The notes below the pieces were generated by a model. That model searched no databases. It saw nothing but the letters and a program-made list of their open reading frames with translations, and was not told where the DNA came from. The position numbers and the translations under genes are program-made. This document shows, in pieces, positions 26,153 to 39,348 of a DNA stretch of 64,000 bases. The stretch is taken from the NCBI RefSeq assembly GCF_006345805.1, contig NC_042999.1, positions 142,972,001-143,036,000 of the forward strand, in the 5' to 3' direction. This DNA is from Octopus sinensis (lineage: Eukaryota). Every line of letters begins with the position of its first letter. The stretch's first letter is position 1.

Positions 26153-26520
26153 ATGTGGCTGCGAGGTTGAGAAGTTTGCCTCCCAATCATGTGATTTCTT
26201 TTTTGGTCCCAGTGTGGCACCTTAGACAAGTGTCTTTTGTAGCCCCTGGCCAACCTAAGCCTTGTGAGATTTGGTTGACAGAAAGTGAAGACAGTTGTGT
26301 ATTTTTGTGTGTGCATTTGCATGTACATGTCTGTGTGTGTTTGCATTTATGATTGCTTGTATGAAAGTGCAGTAGGTAGTGGTGTTGTCAGTTTCTTCTA
26401 ATAACAAATCATTGACAAAAATCTCTTATTCCACATGGCTGGCCTTTGAAGGCACGTGTGGAATAAGAGATCCCTTGAAAAATAGTTTTTAGGAAGGAAA
26501 ACATCTGGCTCTAAAACAGT
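26153..26520 (+). mobile_element. tRNA-headed SINE copy
   Basis: gtggctgcgaggttgagaagtttgcctcccaatc...gtggcaccttagacaagtgtc. Confidence 0.6.
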
Positions 26521-26576
26521 GCTGCAGATAACATATTCATACCCATCCATAAATGCATGCGTGTGGCTACATAAAA

Positions 26577-27130
26577 CATTTAACATTCATTTTCCTTGCT
26601 GGCATGGGTTGGACGGTTTGACTGAAAGCTGGGGAGCTGCACAAGGTTTCTATCTGATTTGGCATGGCTTCTACAGCTGGCTGCCCTTCCTAATGCTAAC
26701 CACTCCAAGAGTGTAGTGGGTGCTCTTTGTGTGACACTGGCATGGATGCCAGTTACAAAACACTGGCATTGGCCACAACTATGATCTCACTTGGCTTGAC
26801 AGGGCTTCTCCAAGCATGGTATATTACCAAAGGTCACAGTCACTTGTCACTGCCTCCGTGAGGTCCAAAGTTCGAAGAGTGCTTTTTACATGCCACCAGC
26901 ACAGGTGCCAGGTATGCGACACTGGCATTGGTCACGACTACAATTTCACTTGGTTTGATGGGTCTTCACAATCACAGCATATTGCCTAATGTTGAAGGGT
27001 GCTTTTTACGTGCCACTGGCATCAGCCATGACTGTGATTTCACTTGGCTTGATAGGTCTTCTCAAGTACGGCATATTGTCAAAGGTCTCAAACACTTGCC
27101 TCCATGTTTGAAGATCATGCTTCATCAACT
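26577..27130 (-). mobile_element. Antisense RTE-like LINE tail copy
   Basis: catttaac...gctggcatgggttggacgg...gctgcccttcctaatg. Confidence 0.75.
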
Positions 27131-27317
27131 CGGGATTCAGCAATTTATAATTTATAGGTAAAATGTTTGAAAGTTTTTTCAACTGTTCTTAAGAATATAT
27201 ATTCATGAAATTTCTTCATAAAATTTAATTTTCTTTTAATATCAGTCTTCCATGGTGGTTTGGAAAAAACATAAGCACACACCAACTTTATTGTATCTGA
27301 TGTTTCTCTCTTTTCAG

Positions 27318-27425
27318 TGTTTGTCAAGTGTTGCAACAGCTTTACAATCTGGATTTCTTCCCTATTGTGAACCAGTCTATAAGCGATGCGTTTCACTTGT
27401 AGAGCAGACTCTCAACCAAAACTTT
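27318..27425 (+). CDS. TNPO1: Transportin exon ([20 protein letters not shown]...LNQNF)
   Basis: tttcag / gtaagt, 108 nt. Confidence 0.95.
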
Positions 27426-27900
27426 GTAAGTAAGCTTATATAGTATTAAAGCTTTAGATTATAAATGAACCATAAATATGTTATTGTTTTCTAGTGGAAT
27501 GCATATTTGAGGAATTGTTAAGGAGAAAATTAATTTTCTACACACATGTTCACACAAATTTATCAGAGCTGGTTAATAGAAGTTCTGTTCTTCAAATGTA
27601 AACTATTTCTAGCTTTGAAATATTCTACAACTTGATAAGTCATAGTAAAAGGAAAACATATTTGAATGTTTATTGTCTTATAAAAATCTTTTTAAAATTA
27701 TATATTCAAAATGGAGAATTTATTTAAATTCTGTTATTGCTTTTCTGAGTTATGTCTAAATACTTTTAATTTGAGGTCCTCATACATAATTTGCTACAAA
27801 GATGCTATGACCTGATAAAATTTGTAATATTAGGTAGATGTAAAAAGTTTTTAGTATATCCTGTTTTCTTCCTAGTCAATTCATTAATTGTTTATTTCAG

Positions 27901-28059
27901 GCCAACTTGACACATCCTGAGCAGTATGACCCACCAGACAAGGACTTTATGATAGTTGCCTTGGATCTTTTAAGTGGCCTTGCTGAAGGACTTGAACATC
28001 ACATAGAAGGTCTTGTTGCTAATAGTAACATCCTTAAATTGCTCTTTCAGTGTATGCAG
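27901..28059 (+). CDS. TNPO1: Transportin exon ([22 protein letters not shown]...FQCMQ)
   Basis: tttcag / gtgaga, 159 nt. Confidence 0.95.
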
Positions 28060-28389
28060 GTGAGATATACAATACTTAATCTTATTTCACTTGTTTTCTT
28101 TAACATTTCCTGTTTCTAAATTCTGAAAATATATATTGAGGTTGACTTGTTTAGTTTTGAGCTTGATTGGTTGTGATGTACCACTGTATTTCACTTGTGT
28201 TGTACTTCTTTGGGACTTCTTTCATTTTTACATGAAGAGAATCTTAACTGCTGGCATGGGATCAAAGGGTGTCAATGTGTGTCCTACTCAGCAGTTCATC
28301 GTTTGGAAAACATATCATAGAAAAACAAAACCTGGTATCTTTGTGTATTTGGCATTATGCAGTGCTTTAGAAAACCCATCAAGCCAAGT

Positions 28390-28605
28390 AAGATTCCAGT
28401 CATGGCAGATACTGGTGTCACACAAATAGCACCCATGCTGGTGGCATGTAAAAGCACCCGTTACACACTGAGTGGTTGGTGGTAGGAAGGGCATTCAGCT
28501 GTAGAAATTATGCCAGATCAGACTGGAGTCTAGTGCAGCTTTCTAGCTTGCCAGCCCTGATCAAACCATCCTGCCCATGCCAAATGGATGATAAATAATG
28601 ATGAT
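28390..28605 (+). mobile_element. RTE-like LINE tail copy
   Basis: Family tail ending taatgatgatc. Confidence 0.7.
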
Positions 28606-29454
28606 CATGCTGTTCCTTTCATTTTGTTGTATGGATATTAATGCTTATAGATGAGGAAATATTAAAGCTAGTTCTTTGAAATTATCCTGTATTTGTTACT
28701 CCTGAGTTGCACAAAGAATCTATGTCACTAATATTGTTAGAAATACAATGAATTTAGTGAGGTTATATCATTGGAAACTTGTAAACAACAATGCTGTTTT
28801 TAATCAAATACAACATCAAATAAAAATAGCACTGGTTGGCATTAGGAAGGGCATCTAGCCATAGAAATCATGCTGAAGCAGACAGTTGAACCTGGTGCAA
28901 TTCTCTGGTTTGCTCTTGTCAAAACGTCCAACTCATGCTAGTATGGAAAGTGGATATTAAATGATGATATCAGTAATACTATCTAAGTCATTTTTGACAG
29001 CATTAAAATATTTTTAAGACCATGAAAGAAAGCATTCAAATTTGTCAGTTGAACTTGGTGTTGATTGATAACAGTGAAACTATATATACTAAAAGTACAT
29101 GCCAAAAAATACTGGTAAAAATTGTAAAATTTTATTAATTGGTTAATTAATATAAAATTTCTTTAAATCAAATATATAAATCAATGAGATTTTATTTTCG
29201 GGAAGTTTATAACTATAAAATATCTTATGATATTCAGCATGCAATTTATTTTTATATGACCTCAGTATCACAGTACTTCGATATTTTCTCACATTTTGTA
29301 GTTAGTTTTAGGATTTAACAGACAAATAGAATTTGGGCATGTTTTGATTCTTGGTAGTTTCAACCTAATTTTGTACATTTCGAATACTAATGGCAATTTT
29401 GATATAGTTTGCAAATTGAAACAAACTTTTTGATGTTTTTTCTCTTTTCTTTAG

Positions 29455-29542
29455 GACCCAATGCCTGAAGTTAGACAAAGTTCTTTCGCTTTGCTAGGAG
29501 ACCTGACTAAAGCTTGCTTCCAACATGTAAAGCCATGTATAG
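29455..29542 (+). CDS. TNPO1: Transportin exon ([17 protein letters not shown]...KPCI)
   Basis: ctttag / gtaagt, 88 nt. Confidence 0.95.
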
Positions 29543-29769
29543 GTAAGTACTTAATCACTGTATTTATATTTTTAATATAAACCAGTTTACATTTATTTAC
29601 ACTCATAGTTGAAATAAAATTCATAATTTAGCAGTAAGCTGGAGAGAAGAATGACTTGTGAACTTCAACATGGAGTATGATAGTTTATATTTAATGTACT
29701 AAATGAAAGTTACAAGAAGAATCTTTTAAATTAACCTTTTTAATAAATTAAATCTGTTTCAATATTTAG

Positions 29770-29868
29770 GTGAATTTATGCCAATACTTGGTGCTAATTT
29801 GAATCCAGAATACATATCAGTGTGTAATAATGCAACATGGGCTATTGGTGAAATTTCCATCAAAATGG
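29770..29868 (+). CDS. TNPO1: Transportin exon ([32 protein letters not shown])
   Basis: atttag / gtaatt, 99 nt. Confidence 0.95.
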
Positions 29869-30215
29869 GTAATTATGTTTTATTTTTTACTAGCTCAGTA
29901 GTAATTTGCTACTGATAAATAACAAGTTCTTATAAATTATAGTAACTGGTAACTGACATTTAGTTTTCAAAATTACTAAATATATACCTGAATTTGACAA
30001 ATGTTCAAGTATTTAATGTTTTATGATTTCTAGTATTTAAATACTATATCACTATCTGAAATGAAAATCTGACTATTTTAGTTGAGTAGTTTAGTCAGCT
30101 GTTTTAAACAATTTCAAAGTAATTGTTGCTTTTGGATTGGAAATTAGTCTTATAAATTGAACATAATATGAGTTTTGGTTGTATTAAAATAGAATTTTTT
30201 ATACGTATCAATCAG

Positions 30216-30311
30216 GTCATGAAATACAGCCATATATAAATTTAGTTGTCACACCTCTCATTGAAATAATCAATCGACCTAACACCCCAAAGACTCTGCT
30301 GGAGAACACAG
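30216..30311 (+). CDS. TNPO1: Transportin exon ([10 protein letters not shown]...PKTLLENT)
   Basis: aatcag / gtcagt, 96 nt. Confidence 0.93.
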
Positions 30312-31115
30312 GTCAGTAAAGTTGTATTTGTTATAAATGCTAATAATTAATGTATGTCTATTTGATTGATGAAATAACTATAAGAATGTGTAAGCATAAT
30401 TCCCTGTTCTTGTAGATTATTCCAAGTATTACTATGGAAGATTTTCATTTATTACTCCTCCCCTTTTGTCACAGATTAAAAAGAAAATTGAGCCAGTTAG
30501 TATAACTTGTCAAAGACTTCTGATAATTTTAATCTTTGATAAAGTGCCCATTCTATTATGAAATTTTGTGGCATGTTTCCCTCTCAAGTGAACACTTCTG
30601 TAAGTATATGATGTTCCTCCCTGGTTTATTTGTTTTACCATAATATTAAAAAATACATTATGCGTTTTCTTGTGTAATCAGTTTTGTTGAGAGAAACAAA
30701 AATGTTTTCACTTTGTATTTAGTTTGTTTAAATAACTTAATCTTCATTTAATGAGAAATTTACTTCACTGAAACAAACTGTCCAAATCTGTTATTCTTAT
30801 TTGATAGTCACCTCTACACCAATTAAGAAAATGTAAATGTGTATGTTGCTAGGAAATAATCTCAGGTCATTGGTAAGTAGGGCTGATTTGAAGCAAATTG
30901 AATACCTAGCCTCCTATAGAGGTATTCCCCAGCAACATCTTTTTTATGCAGTGTTAGTTTTCCACTACTGTTAGTCGGTTTTCTGCTGCTAGCACAAGCT
31001 AGGTATTTTATTAAAATTTAAGTTTATTTTCTTATATCAACAGTATAAAAGTTTTCTGAGTTTGATTTGTTTGCTTGTCTTGGGAGTAATATTCCAATTC
31101 TGATAAGAAAAGTAT

Positions 31116-32730
31116 ACATCATCATCATTTAACGTCTGCTTTCCGTGCTGACATGGGTTTGATGGTTTGATTGGAATTGGTAGGCCAGAGGGCTGCCCCA
31201 GGTTCCTGTCTGATTTGGCTTGGTTTCTATGGCTGGATGTCCTTCCTAATGCCAACCACTCCAAGAGTGCAATGAGTGCTTTTAATGTGACACTTGTACA
31301 GGTGCCATTTACATGATGTCAGCAATGGCCATGACTACAATTTCACAGGTACCACTTACATGACACTGGCATTGGCCACAACTACAATTTCACTTGGCTT
31401 GATGAGTCTTCTCAAGCACAGCATATTTCAAAAGGTTTTGGTCTTGTACAGGTGCCATTTACATGACGTCAGCAATGGCCATGACTACAATTTCACAGGT
31501 ACCACTTACATGACACTGGCATTGGCCACAACTACAATTTCACTTGGCTTGATGAGTCTTCTCAAGCACAGCATATTTCAAAAGGTTTCGGTCACTTGTA
31601 ATTGTCTCTACAAAGCCGGACATTTGAAGATCACACTTCTGGCAGTGGCCATGATTATGATTTCACAGATGCCATTTGCATGGTCACTACTACGATTTCA
31701 CGTGGCTTCAGTCTTCTGAAGCACAGCATATTGCCAAAGGTCTTGATCACTTGTCTTCCAACATTTGAAGATTATGCTTCACCACCTCGTCCCATGTCTT
31801 CGTGGGTCTACTTCTACCACAAGTCTACTTCTACAGGTTCCCTCCACAGAGATTGGCACTTCTTTGCACAGCTGTCCTTGTCCATATGCATCACATGATC
31901 ATACTGGTGCATTCATCTCTTGCACACCACATTTGATTCCTCTTAATCTCAGATTTTCTTTCAAGATAGTTATGCTCTGTCATATGTGCACACTGACATT
32001 GCACATTCAGTGAAGTGTACTGGCATCATTTCTTTCAAACTTTTGCATGTTCTCTGTGGTCACAGCCCATGTTTCACTGCTATGGAGCACAGCTGTTTAA
32101 ACACAAGCATCATACAGTTTGCCTTTCATTTTGAGGAAGAGGCCTTGTGTTCCCAACAGTGGTCGAAGTCCTCTGAACTTTGCCCAGCCTATTCTTATTC
32201 TAGTAGCTATGCTCTCAGAGCATCTACCTCTGCTACTGACTTGGTTACCTATCAACTACTAGTTTTATCCCTTGGCATTTGATGGAGTCCATTTTCTGTA
32301 CATTTGCAGTGTTTATTGTATCTGTACATCTGCAACACTCAGACTTTTTCCCCCTCAGTTAACCTTCCTCTGATATCACTGCACCTCTTATGTGTCTATA
32401 GCTTGCACTGGGTACATCTTATGGAATTTCTACCTATGCCTTTTCTACAGATCAAGCAGAGCCATCTACCTGAAGGGATTTGTGATTTGTCCACTTTCCC
32501 CACTTACTAAGACTTTGGTTTTTGCTATACTAACTCTAAGGTCCTTTGATTCTAGACCTTGCTTCCACACCTGAAATTTCTTTAGTTCTGGAAGTGATTT
32601 AGCTTGGAGAACAAGGTCATCAACATAGAGGAGCTCCCCGGGGTAGCCTGTCTTAAATTCTTCTGTTATTGCTTGGAGGACTATGATGAACAAGAGGGGG
32701 CTGAGGACTGATCCTTGGTGAACCACTATT
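31116..32730 (-). mobile_element. 5'-truncated RTE-like LINE, antisense
   Basis: RT peptide VHQGSVLSPLLFIIVL...ELLYVDDLVL...AKTKVLVS (ORF 32466..32726); tail catcatcatcatttaacgtc at 31116. Confidence 0.85.
31293..31592 (+). repeat. Near-perfect 2 x 150 bp tandem duplication within the LINE 3' region
   Basis: Units start at 31293 and 31443 and differ at about 2 positions; this explains ORF 31294..31719. Confidence 0.95.
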
Positions 32731-34597
32731 TGTACCCTGAATTTGTCACTGTACTCATTTAACTATACCACAGTTAAAAATACTGTTTGGTTTTTAAAGC
32801 CCAGTTAGTTCATGTGCTCTGGCATATCTTAATCTTTAGAAAATAGTTTTCACTTTATTACCAAGAGGTATTAAAAATTTCCACACCTTTTTAAAAACCA
32901 GTATTTTTTTAAAATTTGATTCATAACTTACAACTTATGTGAAATTGAAATTATTCCATACAATCATAGCTTTTGTGTGTGTGTGCGTGTATGTAATTTT
33001 TTGAATAAGTTTATATAAGAAATGCACGTTTTTTTTGTGCTTGTAATAGTTATGTATACTTCATTTTCATTTTAGCATTTTGGGAGATAGGCTTTAAATT
33101 TTTGTTTGGTCTTAGCATTGTTTAAGGTTAATGGTGTTAATCATTACATTGATATATTGCATGCATTTTCATTTGTGTTGTGCAATGGACAAACAGAAAT
33201 CCCTGCAAGCGTATTGATTTTCATATCAGTAAAGCTTTAATTTTAATAATTTCTTTTGATTTACTGTTACTTTTAAGAAGTTGTATTAATGAGCTGGGCT
33301 TTGTTAAAATGGTTTTTTGCAGAAATTCAATCAGTTTAGGTTATTGTTACAGTCAAGATGGAACATGAAGCTAGATATTTTAGTTGTATCTAGTTCAGTA
33401 TCTTACTGCTTAAGTTCATGCTTAATCAGGCTTTTTACTTATCTCTTGTTTCTAATGAATTAATTTGAATTTTGTGCTGCTGCCAAACAAAGCCCTTAAT
33501 CAAAACTTATTTTCTCACTTTTATTTTATTGAGGATTCATTAATTTCTAATTAGAATCAGTTGTCTTGTGTTTAAAGTAGGATTTCAGCACTTACATGAT
33601 TTAAGTTGATCTTGATTACCTTTAAAATCTTTAACAACAAATACAAAATGATATTGCAAATCATATGTCAATCTAATTTGACCTGGGATTTTTAGGTAAA
33701 TGAAAATATTTATGGCTAACAAATAGGAAATTAAAATAAAATCAATAGGTAAAATATTGTAGTGTAAATAAGAAAAACTTTTTAACTTGTGCTCCTAAAT
33801 GGCATAATTTGAAACCATTTGAACTGGTTTAAATAAAACTATCCAGTGAAGTTTACATAAGGTCAATGATGGATTTAAAATATAAATTCTACTTAGCTTA
33901 TTTTTGTTTATATAAAATTTGATAAGCTTCATTTAAACTTGTATTTTTTCTTTTACTACCTGAAAATGTATTTAGGAATTATCATTTATATGTCATTATC
34001 TTATTTGGCAAATTTTTATTCTAAGATTTTGATCTCCAAAATTCACTATTATAATCTTGTGGCATCTATTATTAATGTAACTGGTATATAGATCTTTGTA
34101 AAACTGGTCTCTAATTTTTGTTTAGTTACTGTAGAATATATTTAAATAGGTCTTGACTGTTTACAGCTTTATCAAAAGTAAAATCCATATTTAGGCTAGG
34201 AGAAATTCACAAAATATTTCATGAAATGCAACACGGATCTAAGGGTTGTTCATGGTAGGGGTTTACTGATATTATTGGTAAAGTGCAAATAACATTTGAA
34301 AGATGTCTTAAAGTATCCTTATTCCAGTGCCTATCAAAAGCTATTGCTGGATATCTTTGTCTCAGTCATGTAGTTAAGACAATTTTTAATTTCCTCCTTA
34401 TTTCAGTTGCTGTTTTGTTTGATAGAATTTTTTTTCTTTTTCATAATGAATTTCTTCAACCACAATTTGGTACATTTATTTTGAGAAAGTATTTGATTTG
34501 TTTCCGTCTAAAAAATGATTTTTGTAGGGCAAAGTGTCAGCTGGTGGAAATATATTATAGAATTAGTCCTTCTATTCTGTATATTTAAATGCTTCTC

Positions 34598-35818
34598 TTG
34601 GGTCATCCTATAAATGTTTTTTTTTACAACTTTTATTTTTCAAAATTAAGATAGTTTTTTTAAAATCTAAAATATACTCTCCTTCATTTTCTACAATACT
34701 CTTCTGTCTATCTGGTAGACTTGCAAGGCCCCTCTTCTAAGATTCACTTGTCCGTGACAAAAAAATATTCCTCCACTACTGTTCTGACCTCATCTACAAA
34801 ATTCATATTTTCTGTCCAAACAATTTTGAAGACTGTGGCATAAATGATGATCAAATGGGGCAATGTCTGGCGAATATGGTGGGTGAGGTATTGTTTCCCA
34901 TTCCATCTGCTCCAGCTTTTGGAATGTCATCTTTGCTGTATGGGGCAGAGCATTATCCCTATGGAAGAACACCTTTTGTCTTGAAACCAAAGACGGTCAT
35001 TTTACTTTTATCGCTGACTTAAGCTACTCACAGATCACCTTTGTTATCATTTGGTTTGGGTTTAAAAGTTTTCATATCCCACCTAACAGATAATACTGTA
35101 CATAGGTGAAGACTTTCTTCAGCCTGGGATGCCGGTGTTTCTCCTTTTCCTCCCCACTGTCTTTAACACTTGACATTTCTATAGGGAACCCATTTCTTGT
35201 CACCAGTCACTATTCGATTCAAAAAAAGGTTCATTCGTGAGACATGACAGCAAAGAAGAGCACACATTCACTCCTCTGTGCACGATCAGACTTGGAAAGT
35301 TTGTGAGGAACCCATTAACCCAATTTGCTGACTTTTCCAATGGCATGCAGGTGAATGGTTGAATGACCAAATTGGAGATTCTCTGCTGGTTCTTTAACAG
35401 TTACAATAGGATTTGTTGCACCAGGGTTTGCAGGGTGTCCTCATCGAGCTCTGCAGATCTTCCAGGATGAGGCTTGTCTACTAGACTAGTTTCTGGAGCC
35501 ACTGTTGACACTGGTTTGCACTTATTGTCTGGTCCCCATATACTGCAATAACTTTCCTTGCACGTTCTGTTGTGTTGTTGACTTTATTGAACTCATAAAG
35601 CAAAATATACCGAATATGCTCCTTTGTCACTTCCATTATAATTTTGAAAAAATAACTGTTAAAATTGAACTGCATTCTTCAGAACTTGCACTAAGAATAA
35701 GGACAAGGTAAAATTACTACCTGCTTTTTAGCAAATTGATGCAGGTAGTTTATCCTGTCCCCTTCTGACTTTTAGTTTATGCAATTGAAAAAACTGCATT
35801 ATTTATGGGAAGACTCAA
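34598..35818 (-). mobile_element. Decayed near-full-length mariner transposon
   Basis: Peptides HRDNALPH...HPPYSPDIAPFDHHL and EHIRYILLYEF; imperfect TIRs ttgggtcatcctataaat / atttatgggaagactcaa followed by TA. Confidence 0.85.
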
Positions 35819-35871
35819 TAATATGAGTAATACCAGTATTTATTTTGAGCAAGATTATTTACTTGTAGCAT

Positions 35872-36081
35872 TTAACCCTTCAGTATTTATTGTCCAAAAT
35901 ATTTTGTTTTATGTTCAAACCAGCCAGATCTATCCTCATGCCTTACCCTAAAATGCCATTTTAAAGCTAAACAATCACATCATCAAAATTTTGAAGCTGT
36001 GAGATATTGCAAGATTAATTCAAAACAATGCAAATAAAGAAGCTTTACATTTACAGAATGATCTGAATGCTAAATGATTAA
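35872..36081. mobile_element. piggyBac-like MITE, degraded copy
   Basis: ttaacccttcag ... gaatgctaaatgattaa; internal sequence like 23548-23776. Confidence 0.7.
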
Positions 36082-39000
36082 GGATACTTTGGGATTTCCA
36101 TCATAATTGTGTAGACAATTAAAAGTTTTTATTAGAATAATAAAATCTTGTGATTGGTTGAGCAGTACTGTTAAACAGCAGGGCTTATGAAGTTAAAATC
36201 TGTTAAACAATTTAAAATTGTTTGGACTTGACAAGTCTGGTTGAGGAAATTTGGTGGTTACATGTCGTAGCTACACAGTAACTCAGATTGTATAAGTTCT
36301 AAGAACATCTATCTATTGTCTGTAATAGTTTGCATTTTATTATATTTCACTGAGAATTATCAATGTAATTTACAAAGTGGGTGGGAGATGTGGGCTTTGT
36401 CTTGATGACAATATCCTGTAACCAAGGTAGTTGGTGAGAAGTGGAAAAGTGTTTTTTCAAGTTACGAGATTTTATGAAAAAGAATAAGTTACAAGAAAGA
36501 GCTGATCATCTTATATAAAAATCTTTGCAAGGTAGTAGTGTTGTGAAGCAAAATAGGTATAGTAAATTTGGAACAGCAGAAGTAAAGAGTATATTGGTAT
36601 ATACTAATATACTGTATTCTCACTAGACTTTTTGAATTTGCATGTGTCTAGTTGAAAGTGGCTCATGTGATGTTTGGATTCCATTCCATTTTATAGTCAT
36701 GAGTTGGTTCCTTTTTAACCTTCCAAACTAAAACCAATTACTTGACCTAATGGAAAATAGCACACAGATTTTAAGAAGTTGATTGGGTAGATTTCTTTCA
36801 GCATTTATCATCCTTTGCTTAAAAATAGTTCATCAGACAGATTACGCAAATGATTCTTTTCCTTGTACCCCCCCACCACCACGGTTGGACTGACAGCTTT
36901 CACACAAAAAGAAAGTGGGGGTACTGATGCAGAGGTCAAAATGGACTCTTGTATTTGTTGCTTTCATAATTTTTTTCTGTTACATATAGAAGGACCAAAG
37001 GAATTAAAATATATTTCTGTTAGAGCATGATTTTTTTTTGTAAGTTTGAGTATTTCCATATTAATGTAATTTCTTTGTGGTTGCTTGTCTATTAGTGTAA
37101 AAGCTGCAGCTAGAACATATTTAAACTTATTGAATTTAAATTTGCTGCCATCATTTATGTATTTTAATTGTATTTTTACTGGGTACTTAAAGAGGTGAAG
37201 AAACTATAGTTTGGTGAAAAGAGCAAAGTGTTTTGCATACTTTGTTTACTTAAACCCCTCTCATTTCTAGTTTGAAAATATTTGAGAAATTTGTCTTCAA
37301 AGGTTTTTTTCTGAAGAAAAGAAATAGAAAAGCTTAAATGTAATGTGTATTAAATAATAGGTTCACCTAATAGTTTCAGTAAAGTATATGAACTGAGAAA
37401 ATGTTGATAGATTTAAGTAATTGAGGTGTGTGGTGTTAATGTTGTTTCAAGACAAGTTGTCATAAATTATGTCAAGTTCTGCATTAAAATTTTGCTTAAC
37501 AACCCTAATATTCAGATAATTTGCTCTGATCATTCATTGTTCTTCTGATAAGGATTTTGCAATCAAGTATGTTAACAAGCATTTGAAAAAAAATAGTGGT
37601 ACACTTGTAGAGCATTATGAAGTTCAGAGCTATGGTTCCTATAATATATGTATTTGACATTTGTGACTGCAATGGTCTTACTGAACAAAACATGTTAAAG
37701 GAAATAGTTCAAACGAGCCAGTGACATGAGTTTGGATCAGACTAATCTATTGAATGGGGGAGAATTAACATCTGAGCGAGGAGGGGGAGATAATTTCAAG
37801 AGATTTAAACTATTCTTAAAATAAACTTACATGGTTAGGGGAAAATCTAATCTTTTTGCAGACAAAGGACATGTTTACAGGCATATTTTGTTGTGATTTT
37901 CCTCTCTAAGAACTTCTCGAAATTAATTTACATTTTTAATTTCTTGAAATTCTCTCTTTAAGTTGCTAACAAGTAGTGCTTATTTCTTATTCCTAAATTA
38001 AAGGGAAATTTCAATTGAGAATTTTTTGCTTATCTGATTTACATCTCTCTATAACGTTATCTATCAAACCACATGCAAGGTGGATATTTAAATGAATTAA
38101 TCTCAATATCTTACTGGTATTTTCATAAACACAAGTGACATTAGTGAAATTTTTAGTATTGCCCAAGGTTAAAATTTAATGCAAGTGTTGATTTTAATTG
38201 ATCTCAAACAAGATGAAGATTGAAGTCAGAACATAAAGGAATATAACTGAATATAATGGAATGTAACAACAATTTTTGCAATCTATTGTATTTTAATAAT
38301 GAATCAGAAAAATAAACCCAAGTCCCTTACAGCAATATATATTGCTTAGAATTACTAATATCCTATTGAAAGTACTTTAAGAAAGTTTTTATTTTCCTAT
38401 AGTCAACACTATTCAGTCAGGAATAAATAAATGGTGATATAAAAACATCAAAGAACTGGTTTAAGAGTGAAATGAATCCTAATAAGTCCTTGCTCCCACT
38501 CCCTACAGTAATATTTTAATATGGCTTGTAGGTTTGAATTATTTAGAATTGTCTTTGAGCACAAGACTATGATAACTCGAGGAGTCTGGTAGATAATTAA
38601 TTTTGCAAGGTCACCTACTTCCCTATAGTAATAATTTCTGTTAGTATGTTGCAACAATGTTCTCGATTCTTCTGATATCTTTCTATGCTGATTATGATTA
38701 AATCCGTATGATTGTAGAAAACTAAGTCCAAATTACATAGCATATGATGTATATATAAACCACAGGTTTCAAATATATGGATGCTTATATGCCTTTGAGA
38801 AAATTTTATTTAATTCAGTAGGTTTAAAGTGAATGTATCCAGGAGAAACTATCCTAGTGTGTTTTATACTGACGACCTTTAGCTACAGACTAGTTATTTA
38901 GATTGCAATAAGCTGCAGGTAAAAGGACAATAGTTGAATGACTCATTCATCATCTTCTTACTTTCTCCCTTTCTCTCTTTTTTTTGTTAATTTGGAAAAA

Positions 39001-39272
39001 AGAGAAAAGAAATTGGAGTTTTATTGTTGGATTGCTATTTATTTATTATGATCACTTGCTTTGTGTTGTAAATGTTGTATTGATGTAAATGTGGTTGCAA
39101 TTCACACTACTTAAGTTAACTTTCTTTTAAGTTTTTGTAATTTTTCAATAATTTTTTAATTATTTTTTTTTTTTAATATGATTGCATTTAATTTGTATGT
39201 TTTGTTGACTTGTCTTTTCTCTGTTTTCTTCCCGATATATTTGCTCCCCGTCTTGTCACCATGGTAACATAG

Positions 39273-39348
39273 CGATAACAATTGGTCGCCTTGGTTTAGT
39301 ATGTCCGCAAGAAGTCGCCCCTATGTTACAACAGTTTATCAGGCAGTG
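39273..39348 (+). CDS. TNPO1: Transportin exon ([26 protein letters not shown])
   Basis: acatag / gtgtgt, 76 nt. It fills the gap between ENT and CTSLRN exactly and sits between ~9 kb and ~11 kb introns. Confidence 0.93.

Noticed and set aside
31293-31592. CRISPR-like array or protein-coding ORF 31294..31719
   Set aside because: It has two contiguous 150-bp units with no spacers, inside a eukaryotic LINE tail. The ORF is a by-product of the duplication.
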